Shown: piece after piece, positions 8,434 to 16,267 of the stretch
Numbering within the stretch: the stretch's first letter is position 1
Layout: each line of letters starts with the position of its first letter
Virus record (IMG/VR): IMGVR_UViG_3300025602_000002
Location: 102,718-166,717 of that record
Strand: one strand, 5' to 3'
DNA: 64,000 nt
Source of the DNA: a virus
Lineage: Duplodnaviria; Heunggongvirae; Uroviricota; Caudoviricetes
Notes under the pieces: generated by a model
Told to the model about the DNA's origin: nothing
The model's input: only the letters and a program-made list of their open reading frames with translations
Database searches by the model: none
Translations under genes and position numbers: made by a program

Positions 8434-9224
8434 TAGGCTATGTCCCTTAAAAAGCTTGGAATATTATCGCGTTTATGACGGCTATTGTTTATCATACTTT
8501 CGATATTATTCATAACTTCTACAGAAACCGGAGATGGTACATTTTCACAGTCCATAGTACTCCACCAAATCAAATAAGAATCTAGTTCTTGGTATGTAAA
8601 TCCAAATTCTTGTTCATCAGTTTGTCCTTCCCATAATCCCGCAGAAGCTACCGCATTTGCATATTCGTTAGGTAGCTCTAATTCTCTAGCTATTTCTCTA
8701 ACTTCAAATTTGTAAAACTCTAACAATGGTTCAAAATCTACTCCACCGTCTCCATATTTAGTAAAGTACCCTATTTCGTATTCAGACTTGTTAGTTGTTC
8801 CTATTACGAGGTTATTGGTACTATTTGCTAGCAGGTACAGTGCAGACATGCGGGCCCGGGCTTTCATATTCCCTTTTGTGAGGGTAGTTATTGCCTCTGT
8901 TTGGATATAAGTCATACCCTCTATCATGGCGTCTACAGAAGTGGTAATATCTATACAATTAAGGTTTAATTGGAGATGTTTTGCAAGAGCTAGTATATTA
9001 TCAGCTCCATGAAATAAATTAGATATTGAGGGAATAACTGTTTCATGGTAAGGCAGCCACACCGCCATAACCTTCTCTGGCCCTAAAGCTCTTTGAGCTA
9101 AAGCCGCAATTACTGCGGAGTCTACTCCTCCAGATAATCCTATGACTACCCCATCAGCACCTGCATCTTCTACTGTTCTTTTTATAAAATCTTGTAAGTC
9201 AATTATGTCTTGTCTAAGTTTCAT
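8433..9224 (-). CDS. nadE: NH3-dependent NAD+ synthetase
   Basis: PP-loop motif GLSGGVDSAV; length typical for NadE. Confidence 0.8.
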   Translation of the reverse strand: MKLRQDIIDLQDFIKRTVEDAGADGVVIGLSGGVDSAVIAALAQRALGPEKVMAVWLPYHETVIPSISNLFHGADNILALAKHLQLNLNCIDITTSVDAMIEGMTYIQTEAITTLTKGNMKARARMSALYLLANSTNNLVIGTTNKSEYEIGYFTKYGDGGVDFEPLLEFYKFEVREIARELELPNEYANAVASAGLWEGQTDEQEFGFTYQELDSYLIWWSTMDCENVPSPVSVEVMNNIESMINNSRHKRDNIPSFLRDIA

Positions 9225-9241
9225 CTGTTTTCCTTTTTAAA

Positions 9242-9640
9242 TTAAGCAAAGCAGTTGTTTAATATGGTAACCGCCCTGTGTATGTTGTTATCTATGTAAG
9301 CTATTCCTCCTGCAGCATTTACTAACTCTACAGTAGCTTTTAAACTTTTGAGCTGTCCTTTATCAAATCCATCAGGCCTAACGTGCAATATAGTTCGTTT
9401 GCCGTGGGTGTGTGCGCTATTTACAACTTCTGCTATGGAAAATACTCCTTGCATTTCTTTAGAAATAAGATAAAAATGTACATTACATTTATTGTCTTTT
9501 TCATCCATTTCTATTGCTTGGCACGCCTCTGTCCAGTCTTCCACATCTGGATTAAAGTAGTCTATAGTTAGTTGAGGAATTATTTGATTCCTCCAGGTTG
9601 TATGTGCGCAAGTGCCTCCTAAAAATACTCTGTTTATCAC
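9242..9640 (-). CDS. Hypothetical protein, possibly nucleoside 2-deoxyribosyltransferase-like fold
   Basis: 132 aa with an N-terminal MINRVFLGGT Rossmann-like start. Weak. Confidence 0.3.
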   Translation of the reverse strand: MINRVFLGGTCAHTTWRNQIIPQLTIDYFNPDVEDWTEACQAIEMDEKDNKCNVHFYLISKEMQGVFSIAEVVNSAHTHGKRTILHVRPDGFDKGQLKSLKATVELVNAAGGIAYIDNNIHRAVTILNNCFA

Positions 9641-9816
9641 TGTTCCTTTCCTTTTTTACTGTTTAAATCATCTTGGATATTGTTATAAGTTTTTAACAAT
9701 TTAGCTTTTTCTTTGGCTCGTTTTTGATCATCTCCAATAGCCCATAATTTTAGAAACCCAGTCCATGTGACTTGTGGTTTTTCTTTCTTTTCTTTCATTT
9801 ATCCTCTTTGTTATTA

Positions 9817-9905
9817 GTGGCTAGGACAGGACTCGAACCTGCATACGCACCATGCGTCCACTATATAGTATATCTACTGAAGTGTTACTGAGTCGAACAG
9901 CCTAC
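9817..9905 (-). tRNA. tRNA-like 3' half or degenerate tRNA
   Basis: Canonical T-arm GCAGG-TTCGAGT-CCTGT and an acceptor 3' strand CCTAGCC-A, but no complementary 5' acceptor strand could be found. An internal hairpin ACGCA-TGG-TGCGT is present. Confidence 0.25.
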
Positions 9906-9950
9906 TACGCGAAGATGTTTCCCAATTACATCACCTAACCATTTTTTTTG

Positions 9951-10023
9951 TGGGCCCTGCTGGACTCGAACCAGCATCCTACACATTATGAGTGTGTTGC
10001 TCAGCCAATTGAGCTAAAGGCCC
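9951..10023 (-). tRNA. tRNA-Met(CAT), elongator or Ile2-type
   Basis: Acceptor GGGCCTT/AGGGCCC, anticodon stem ACACA/TGTGT with loop CTCATAA, T-loop TTCGAGT. Confidence 0.75.
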
Positions 10024-10116
10024 TGGAGGAGAGGACAGGGATCGAACCTGCAGACCCCCTTGCGGGGGCGCACCGGTTTTCAAGACCGGCAGAATACCAT
10101 TCTCTTACACCTCTCC
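10024..10116 (-). tRNA. tRNA-Ser(TGA), class II
   Basis: Acceptor GGAGAGG/CCTCTCC, anticodon stem CCGGT/ACCGG with loop CTTGAAA, long variable arm GCGCCCCCGCAAGGGGGTC, encoded CCA. Confidence 0.7.
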
Positions 10117-10210
10117 GTAAAGAGCGACGCGATACTTTTTTCTGCAGTTATTATATTGCGCGCTCCCATCTCCTTCTGCTCTTACACGCAAGCGATGGCA
10201 GATGAGTCTG

Positions 10211-10282
10211 TGGCGAAAGATGGAATCGAACCACCGTCGCGTGGATCTTCAATCCACCGCTCTACCCCTGAGCTACCCCGCC
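10211..10282 (-). tRNA. tRNA-Phe(GAA)
   Basis: Anticodon stem GTGGA/TCCAC with loop TTGAAGA, T-loop TTCGATT. The acceptor stem has three G-U pairs. The 5' end overlaps the stop of CDS 10273..10776. Confidence 0.55.
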
Positions 10283-10776
10283 GGAGTATTTAATAATTTA
10301 ATTGCTTGTTCTACATGCTCATCTTGTAGACCTAAATCTGTTTTTGTTTGTACTAGTCGATCCATTAAATGCTCCATGTCTGAGTCATCGTCCAAAATTA
10401 TGAAGGAATCGGCTCTTTCGTGGTAATGTTCTTTAGAGAACTCAGGATCTGCGTCGTATTCGGCATTATGCTCATCAAGCCATTGTTGAATTTCTATGCC
10501 TCTTCTTTTATGTAGTCTTGGGGTACTCTTCCCTATTACGAAGGGTAAATTGAATCCCAAGGCAGCAAATAGATGTCTAAACATAAATGAATCACCATGA
10601 AGTCTCCAAGTTGAGGATACTACTATTTGTGCTCCAGTTGCGTCAATTATTTGCTTTAAGCGTTCTACTAGCGTTATGTCTGGAAGCCATACATTTCCTA
10701 ACTTTTCTTCATGTCGTTTATGTACCGACTCACGATTATTGAGTACGCCGTCGATATCTAAAAATATTACTTTCAA
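10273..10776 (-). CDS. HAD-superfamily phosphatase
   Basis: Motif I (V)IFLDIDGVLN. A TTG start is likely. The TAG stop lies within the 5' end of tRNA-Phe. Confidence 0.5.
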   Translation of the reverse strand: MKVIFLDIDGVLNNRESVHKRHEEKLGNVWLPDITLVERLKQIIDATGAQIVVSSTWRLHGDSFMFRHLFAALGFNLPFVIGKSTPRLHKRRGIEIQQWLDEHNAEYDADPEFSKEHYHERADSFIILDDDSDMEHLMDRLVQTKTDLGLQDEHVEQAIKLLNTPAG

Positions 10777-11133
10777 TTATTCAATTCCTTCTTCTTTTTT
10801 CCATTTCTGGTAACGTTCAACTCTTTCCAAATATATCTCATACTCGGCTCGAGTTCCGCCTTTGCACCCTCCGTGACCGTCTGATCTGATCTGCCAACCA
10901 ACAAAGGCATAATGATCCTTGCATTTAGCTTCATATTTCGCTAATTCGTCTTCTTCAATAGGAAAAAAGTCATAAATTTCTGTTAAACGTTTAAAGGTGT
11001 AGTTGTCATGAGCGTTTGCTCTTGTGCCGTCTGAATATTTTATAGGTTTATAGCTTCTATAGCAATTGTTTGATTCGTCTAATTCCCATATATAGGAATC
11101 GTCTGGCCTGACTATATATTTTGGATTTTTCAT
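10777..11133 (-). CDS. Hypothetical protein
   Basis: ORF of 118 aa, same frame as and adjacent to the HAD phosphatase. Confidence 0.4.
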   Translation of the reverse strand: MKNPKYIVRPDDSYIWELDESNNCYRSYKPIKYSDGTRANAHDNYTFKRLTEIYDFFPIEEDELAKYEAKCKDHYAFVGWQIRSDGHGGCKGGTRAEYEIYLERVERYQKWKKEEGIE

Positions 11134-11153
11134 TTTTTAGTTCCTAAGTTAAT

Positions 11154-11242
11154 TGGGGTGTCGGACGGGATTTGAACCCGCATGAGGAGCAACTCCAACT
11201 CGGGTCACAGCCGAGTGCATTACCAAATCTGCCACCGACAAC
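11154..11242 (-). tRNA. tRNA-His(GTG) with an encoded G-1 and a long variable arm
   Basis: Anticodon stem CTCGG/CCGAG with loop CTGTGAC. The extra 5' G pairs with discriminator C73, which is the His identity element. CCA is encoded. The 17-nt variable arm and a U1-C72 mismatch are unusual. Confidence 0.5.
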
Positions 11243-11243
11243 G

Positions 11244-11327
11244 GGCTGATGGTAGGATTCGAACCTACGTGGACTTTCGTCACCTGATTACAAATCAGGA
11301 CCTTTCGACCGCTCAGGTAACACCAGC
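11244..11327 (-). tRNA. tRNA with anticodon TGT (Thr-like) and class-II-like long variable arm
   Basis: Acceptor GCTGGTG/CATCAGC, anticodon stem CCTGA/TCAGG with loop TTTGTAA, T-arm GTAGG-TTCGAAT-CCTAC. The architecture is atypical. Confidence 0.45.
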
Positions 11328-11337
11328 TCTATTTAAA

Positions 11338-11362
11338 AGTGGGGACGCTTGGCCCCCACGTA
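11338..11362 (-). terminator. Rho-independent terminator downstream of the NAMPT gene
   Basis: Hairpin GTGGGG-ACGCTTG-GCCCCCAC followed on the minus strand by TTTTAAATAG. Confidence 0.5.
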
Positions 11363-11363
11363 T

Positions 11364-12509
11364 TTAAACCTTTAATATTTGTTTACATAACGCAATCTCG
11401 TCTGGATCGCCTGTATGTTTTCCCGGGGAATCTGACAACTTAATAGCTGGTTCCCATACATCATTTAATTTAACAGCGTTAATTTTGATTACCATATTCA
11501 ATGGTGTAACGTCTGTATCATTAGTGAAGTTGGTACCAATTCCGTAAGCCGTTTTAATGTGCTTATTCACTTCTTTTTCGATGTGTACCGCTTTTTCGAG
11601 ATTTAAACTGTCTGAAAAGATTATTAATTTACTTTTCGGATCAATGTTTAAATGCTCATAGTGGTTAATAATTTTGTTAGCAAACACAAGCGGGTCCCCA
11701 CTGTCTTGCCTCACACCGTCAAATAGTTTAGAATACTTCATGGCAAATTCTTTAAGAAAAACGTCTGTAGTAAAGGTATCTGGTAAAGCTGTTCCCAGAC
11801 TTCCTTGAAACACTTCTACCCATTTCTCTAATACCATAGTAGTTGCCATCTTGTAACCGTATAGGCGTGATAAGACCATATATACTTCGTGAGCTTGTGT
11901 ACCTGTTGGGGTTAAATTATATTTTTTGGCAAAATGAACATTAGAGGTTCCTACCAATCCATGCTTTAAAATATTAAGAGTTTTATCATGTACGTCATAA
12001 GAGTGCCTTCGTCTAGTTCCGAAGTCGGCTACGCTTAAATGATTATCGTGTATAATTCTCAATTTTTCTATATTCTGTTTTTCTAACTCATACAGCGGGC
12101 TTAATTCCCCATTAGACATCTCTGAAATAATAGCCATAATAGGTACTTCCCACAGTATAGTCCTATACCAGGGACCTCTAATACATATCTCAAATTGATG
12201 TTGTTTACCGGGTTCATAAATTACTTCTACTTCAGAAGAGTCATACGCATACCCTTTTAAAAAGTCCCTATACACGGGAGTGAAATAATAACATTTCTTT
12301 TTTAAAAAAGTTGCTTCTGAATCAGTTAACCGTAGTGATCCCATTGCGTTAATATTGCTTATCAATTTTGTAGCAAACGAGTCACTAAACTCAACTGGAG
12401 TTCTCAATATCCACTTGTATTCTACTTCCAGGTTTGGAAATTGCTGACAAACAAACATTTGTTGTGTAAATTTATATATGTCGTTATCTAAAATTGAATT
12501 AATTAACAT
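11364..12509 (-). CDS. nadV: Nicotinamide phosphoribosyltransferase (NAMPT/NadV-like)
   Basis: 381 aa, consistent with NadV homologs (call from family-level resemblance, no specific motif cited). Part of the NAD salvage cluster. Confidence 0.8.
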   Translation of the reverse strand: MLINSILDNDIYKFTQQMFVCQQFPNLEVEYKWILRTPVEFSDSFATKLISNINAMGSLRLTDSEATFLKKKCYYFTPVYRDFLKGYAYDSSEVEVIYEPGKQHQFEICIRGPWYRTILWEVPIMAIISEMSNGELSPLYELEKQNIEKLRIIHDNHLSVADFGTRRRHSYDVHDKTLNILKHGLVGTSNVHFAKKYNLTPTGTQAHEVYMVLSRLYGYKMATTMVLEKWVEVFQGSLGTALPDTFTTDVFLKEFAMKYSKLFDGVRQDSGDPLVFANKIINHYEHLNIDPKSKLIIFSDSLNLEKAVHIEKEVNKHIKTAYGIGTNFTNDTDVTPLNMVIKINAVKLNDVWEPAIKLSDSPGKHTGDPDEIALCKQILKV

Positions 12510-12802
12510 TATTTGGTATCCTTTCCAGAGTGTATTGTACGTAATACGGTTAGGCTGGAAGAACCGTCAACCACCTCTATTATACAACGCTCGATAGCAT
12601 AGTCTTTCAATAAAAAGTGTCTTTCTGCTATCTTTCTCCAACCGTAGTTATCGTATCCTTGAACGTCTATTTTAGTGGGACTAACTTTAGTTATTGCCCA
12701 CCTACGTTGTGTCCAGTATGACGGAATGTGGTCTTCGCCAGTACTAGCTCGTACCGTTATAACGTCATCTACTTTTAATTTAAACATCTGTTTCCTCTCC
12801 AT
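12509..12802 (-). CDS. Hypothetical protein
   Basis: ORF of 97 aa; its stop overlaps the nadV start (ATGA overlap). Confidence 0.4.
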   Translation of the reverse strand: MERKQMFKLKVDDVITVRASTGEDHIPSYWTQRRWAITKVSPTKIDVQGYDNYGWRKIAERHFLLKDYAIERCIIEVVDGSSSLTVLRTIHSGKDTK

Positions 12803-12940
12803 TAAGTTTATCGAGTTTTCTACAAATTTGTAATAGAAGTATATCTGTAAGGGTTAGTCTGCCATTTCCAAATTTGGTTTCCAAAATAAGTTGTAAATCC
12901 TCATCTATGGTAGCTTCTAAAGGTAGTATAACCTCACTCA

Positions 12941-13276
12941 TTAATAAACCTTCTCGAGTATTTCCCAACGTGCCTCGGGAATATTAATTACTTGAACTAT
13001 TTCGCCATTGACAAAAAAAGTTAGTTTGTTGTCACCTATTGACACACGATCCGCTAAGTATTCTTTGTCATATTTAATATTATAAGCTTTGTCATAAACT
13101 GTAAGAGTATAGGTAGTTCTAGAATCATTTCCATAACCTAATTCTGTTTTCGTACCATTCGCATCTATAACACCAGAATTAAAAAGCTTTGGTATTGCCA
13201 CTGAGCCTATAATCCCTGCAATTACTAGAACAATAATTAGTTCTATTATTGTAAATCCTTTTTTACTTCCATTCAT
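12941..13276 (-). CDS. Type IV pilin-like (prepilin N-terminus) protein
   Basis: N-terminus MNGSKKGFTIIELIIVLVIAGIIGSVAIP matches the class III signal (G|FTLIE). Confidence 0.4.
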   Translation of the reverse strand: MNGSKKGFTIIELIIVLVIAGIIGSVAIPKLFNSGVIDANGTKTELGYGNDSRTTYTLTVYDKAYNIKYDKEYLADRVSIGDNKLTFFVNGEIVQVINIPEARWEILEKVY

Positions 13277-13724
13277 TTTCTTTTAGTTCCTTTCTTACTT
13301 TCATTAATGCTTTTCCTAAAAGGTTTGTACCTTTACCATTTTTTCCGATGCCCCATATTGCGTCGTTCCATTCAGCCGCGTCTTCTATTAATTCTGCATC
13401 TTGTGTACATAGTAAAATCTTTTTGTAAAGATCTATTTTGAATTTTTCTCTTAAGCACATAACCATAATGTCATATTTTACTTCTTCCCAATCTGGGCGA
13501 AGATTTACTTTATTACCCGCACGTTTAGATTTGCCAGGGGTTTTTAACTGTGCTATTTCTTTACGTATTGTGTTATTAAATGTTTTATGTGCTTGAAACG
13601 CATGCTCTACTGTTGGATATTCAATACCTTCTATAGTAATAGGGGAATGTGCAAAATTAGAAAAATATTGATCATAGCCTGATGGCTTCTTTGCGGAGAA
13701 AATTATTTGGTTTGTGTTTTTCAT
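13263..13724 (-). CDS. NADAR-domain (YbiA-like) protein
   Basis: Motif FSNFAHSPITIEGIEYPTVEHAFQAHKT resembles the NADAR/DUF1768 core. Confidence 0.45.
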   Translation of the reverse strand: MKNTNQIIFSAKKPSGYDQYFSNFAHSPITIEGIEYPTVEHAFQAHKTFNNTIRKEIAQLKTPGKSKRAGNKVNLRPDWEEVKYDIMVMCLREKFKIDLYKKILLCTQDAELIEDAAEWNDAIWGIGKNGKGTNLLGKALMKVRKELKENEWK

Positions 13725-13754
13725 TTGTTAGTTTGATTTTTATTATTTAAAAGT

Positions 13755-13838
13755 GTGGGCAGAGAAGGATTCGAACCTCCGAACCCCGTAGGGACCAGAT
13801 CTACAATCTGGCGCTTTTGACCGCTCGGCCAGCTGCCC
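13755..13838 (-). tRNA. tRNA-Tyr(GTA), class II
   Basis: Anticodon stem CCAGA/TCTGG with loop TTGTAGA, variable stem CCC/GGG, T-loop TTCGAAT, acceptor GGGCAGC/TCTGCCC. Confidence 0.65.
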
Positions 13839-13845
13839 AACTTAA

Positions 13846-14553
13846 TTATCGTTCTCTTCCATGGTAGTCGTTCGGATATAAATCTTCTGATAAGTCTGAT
13901 TGCCAGTACTCATGCGTATTTACATCCATGATAGTAAGTTTTCCTTCCCAACCTGATCCGGTGTCTAACATCCATAGATTGGAAATATTTAAAGGTTTAT
14001 CCGTTCCAAACATTCCTGTAGTTGTATGCCCAACGAATACCTCTTTATAATCTTTAAATTCACGCTTTTGAGTTACGTAAATTTTTGCCACTTCAATGAT
14101 GTGACGATTCCAATACAAATTATACGGATCCTGATCCCGGATAGGGACCTTTTGATCGAATCCTCCGTGTACGTAGATTTTGTTCTCATCATCGATGTGG
14201 TAAAATACTGTTTTGTTACGTAGATAATGTAGGTGCTTAGTTCTCCATTCTAGTGGGGCTGACACGTAGCTGGCAATTGTAGCCATACCACCTTGTCTAG
14301 TCCACAATGAGGGAGTTTGTCCATATTCTAACCACCCAAGTAGCCATACGTCGTGATTACCTATAACCTATATTAAATTCTTAATCTTTAAAAGTTCTTC
14401 GAAACACTTTGCCGTATCTGGCCACCCGTCATTTATATCGCCAAGAAAGACTAATGTATCCTCCTCATAATTGAAGTTAGAACGTTCGAAACATTGGAGC
14501 ATGCCCTGGTAATTACCATGTACGTCTCCCAGTACAAATATTTTATTTTTCAT
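13846..14553 (-). CDS. Calcineurin-like Ser/Thr phosphatase (PPP family) interrupted by one in-frame TAG at 14368-14370
   Basis: Track ORFs 14368..14553 and 13846..14307 share a frame. The translation reads ...GDVHGN...GDINDGW...KIKNLI-TAG-VIGNHDVWLLGWLEYG...HGGF. The PPP phosphoesterase motifs continue straight across the stop. Confidence 0.6.
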
Positions 14554-14789
14554 CCTTCATCCTTTGTAATGTGGTTTATACAGGCAGCTATTCTACTATC
14601 CTGGTAAAATGGATCCATTGCTGTAGCTCTAATCTCTTCTGCTACTTCCGGATAAAGTATATAAAGTGCATTAAAAATACATTGCCCACGTCTCCAGAGG
14701 GGGTTGTTTAGTCCCATTTTATTTGTTGTTTGAAAGAGGGTTTTCATTTCCTCTTGAGTTAATTTATTCATTACCAACGTCTCCCGCAC
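14550..14789 (-). CDS. Hypothetical protein
   Basis: 79 aa; its TGA stop overlaps the ATG of the phosphatase (ATGA overlap). Confidence 0.4.
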   Translation of the reverse strand: MRETLVMNKLTQEEMKTLFQTTNKMGLNNPLWRRGQCIFNALYILYPEVAEEIRATAMDPFYQDSRIAACINHITKDEG

Positions 14790-15019
14790 TCACACTCCCA
14801 GCGTCCTTTATAAACTTTGGTTGCTAATAGTCCGCAACTATGGCATGTCATTTTTGGGGCTATACGGGTATTTATTCCGAATAGTACTCCTTTTAAAAAG
14901 GTGTCAATTACTTGGAAAAGCCCGGTAGTAATTTTATCTTTAGTTTCTTGTTTCATAATTATTTCTCTTTTTTTTCTGTAGCACGAGTGGGCGTCGAACC
15001 CACCTTCCCAGGTTTCCAA
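14771..15019 (-). CDS. Small zinc-ribbon protein
   Basis: CHSCG...CECGRRW. Confidence 0.35.
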   Translation of the reverse strand: METWEGGFDAHSCYRKKREIIMKQETKDKITTGLFQVIDTFLKGVLFGINTRIAPKMTCHSCGLLATKVYKGRWECECGRRW

Positions 15020-15051
15020 AACCCAAGAGCCTCGCCCCCGGTCACCGCACT
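14979..15051 (-). tRNA. tRNA-like element, possibly Pro(TGG)
   Basis: T-arm GTGGG-TTCGACG-CCCAC. The acceptor stem AGTGCGG/TCGTGCT needs three G-U pairs. The anticodon region TGGGT-TTTGGAA-ACCTG is poorly paired. Confidence 0.3.
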
Positions 15052-15063
15052 AAACCTATTTAG

Positions 15064-15300
15064 CTACCTAACTTTCCTAGCTACCGCTATTATTTCATGT
15101 ACAAATACATCTCCCAATTCATAGCTGCCATAAGTATAGGGAGACTTAACTCCGCAAAACCATCTAGCGCCTTCTTTGTTATCATCTATTTGCCATTTTT
15201 TTAAAACTTTCCATTCCCAAGACTGATCTAAAGTTCTCCATATTTCATATGGGTTGTCAAGAGGTCTGGTCTTTCCACATAAATTCTTCTGTCTTGTCAT
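15064..15300 (-). CDS. Hypothetical protein
   Basis: Track ORF trimmed to the internal Met (MTRQKN...) because the upstream part overlaps tRNA-Glu. TAG stop. Confidence 0.35.
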   Translation of the reverse strand: MTRQKNLCGKTRPLDNPYEIWRTLDQSWEWKVLKKWQIDDNKEGARWFCGVKSPYTYGSYELGDVFVHEIIAVARKVR

Positions 15301-15326
15301 TTTATTTTTCTGGTTTGTTACCTTCG

Positions 15327-15398
15327 TAGCGCATAGGAGAATCGAACTCCTGTACCCAGACTGAAAACCTGGTGTCCTAGCCATTAGACGAATGCGCC
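15327..15398 (-). tRNA. tRNA-Glu(TTC)
   Basis: Acceptor GGCGCAT/ATGCGCT, anticodon stem CCAGG/TCTGG with loop TTTTCAG, T-arm AGGAG-TTCGATT-CTCCT. Confidence 0.55.
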
Positions 15399-15410
15399 GT
15401 TATTAATGAG

Positions 15411-15484
15411 TGGAGAAGAGGGGATTTGAACCCCTGACCCTCTGCGTGCAAAGCAGTTGCTCTCCCAGACTGAGCTACAACCCC
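15411..15484 (-). tRNA. tRNA-Ala(TGC)
   Basis: GCTTTGCACGCAG anticodon arm and canonical D-arm as in bacterial tRNA-Ala. The G3-U70 identity pair is present. There are T-T mismatches at positions 5-68 and 6-67. Confidence 0.6.
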
Positions 15485-15490
15485 ATTAAT

Positions 15491-15727
15491 TTATTCTGTT
15501 TGTTCTGTTGCTTGTTTTTCTTCTTCTGCCATGACTACTTCTGATTCGGCCCATGAAAGTATTAAAAGATACCACACGATTCCACAAATGGCATAACAAG
15601 CTAGTCCATATGTTTTTGCCCATCCGGCTTTCTTTGTATACTTTGGCATTAGCGACATTACTAGGAACATAGTTCCAAGCCCAAATATAATTCCCACTGG
15701 TATGAGAAGTACTATAATTCCCATCAT
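15491..15727 (-). CDS. Small membrane protein
   Basis: Two transmembrane helices. Confidence 0.4.
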   Translation of the reverse strand: MMGIIVLLIPVGIIFGLGTMFLVMSLMPKYTKKAGWAKTYGLACYAICGIVWYLLILSWAESEVVMAEEEKQATEQTE

Positions 15728-15752
15728 AACGTTGTCCTTTCTTTTTATTTCG

Positions 15753-15825
15753 CAGAGCGCACGGGGATCGAACCCGCAGTCTCCGGCGTGACAGGCCGGC
15801 GTGTTACCATTAACACTTCCACCCT
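15753..15825 (-). tRNA. tRNA-Asp(GTC)-like
   Basis: Anticodon stem CCGGC/GCCGG with loop CTGTCAC, T-arm GCGGG-TTCGATC-CCCGT and discriminator G as in tRNA-Asp. The 5' strand GGGTGGA does not pair with the 3' strand GCGCTCT, so it may be a pseudogene or I may have misplaced an end. Confidence 0.4.
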
Positions 15826-15834
15826 ATAAATTAG

Positions 15835-15906
15835 AGCCTAGGGAAGGAGTTGAACCTCCATTTCTCTTAGCGGACTAAGAGCGTCTTACCATTAGACGAC
15901 CACGGC
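15835..15906 (-). tRNA. tRNA-like element with an 18-nt anticodon arm (possible 8-nt anticodon loop)
   Basis: D-arm CGTC-TAATGGTAA-GACG and T-arm GGAGG-TTCAACT-CCTTC. The anticodon arm CTCTT-AGTCCGCT-AAGAG is one nt longer than canonical. The acceptor stem has two central mismatches. Confidence 0.35.
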
Positions 15907-15908
15907 GT

Positions 15909-15981
15909 TGGTTGGGGGTGTGGGATTTGAACCCACATTCGCCTGCCTCTGCAGACGTCCTTTACGTTGGATGAGCCCCCA
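15909..15981 (-). tRNA. tRNA-like element with encoded CCA and a tetraloop in place of the anticodon loop
   Basis: Perfect T-arm GTGGG-TTCAAAT-CCCAC and an ACCCCCA-A-CCA 3' end. The central arm is TCTGC-AGAG-GCAGG with only a 4-nt loop. Confidence 0.3.
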
Positions 15982-16018
15982 TTAATTTTTTCTCTCTATG
16001 TCAAAAAACTAGAATCTT

Positions 16019-16258
16019 CTATAGAAGGTTCTTTTGTTTTAAAATACGATTTACATGTAGTTTTGTAATTACAGGCTGTTTATTTTGACTAGCCATATGT
16101 AACGCAATTTTAACCTCTTTACCTTTGTGCCCTGGTTTGCTTGTTGCAAATTTTACAATTCGTCTTGCTATGTTCATTTCCCGTGTTTCACGCCCCAGGT
16201 ATCGTTGGCATTTTATTTTGTCTCTACCCTGTTTGTTAGAGTTTGATTTTTGTGACAT
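16019..16258 (-). CDS. Small basic protein
   Basis: 79 aa, rich in Lys/Arg. Confidence 0.35.
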   Translation of the reverse strand: MSQKSNSNKQGRDKIKCQRYLGRETREMNIARRIVKFATSKPGHKGKEVKIALHMASQNKQPVITKLHVNRILKQKNLL

Positions 16259-16267
16259 TAGCTTTCC

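Noticed and set aside
10273-10282. Gene-tRNA overlap as an annotation artefact
   Set aside because: Kept. There is no earlier in-frame stop; the HAD phosphatase ORF terminates at a TAG inside the tRNA-Phe 5' acceptor (GGCGGGGTAGCTC). A 10-nt overlap is plausible, but it means this TAG stop would be read through if the CUA suppressor is active.
15327-15398. Opal suppressor tRNA (anticodon TCA) hidden in the tRNA-Glu locus, since the loop region reads TTTTCAGT
   Set aside because: Only the register giving stem CCAGG/TCTGG and loop TTTTCAG pairs properly. That puts TTC at positions 34-36. Shifting by one nt to get TCA breaks the stem.
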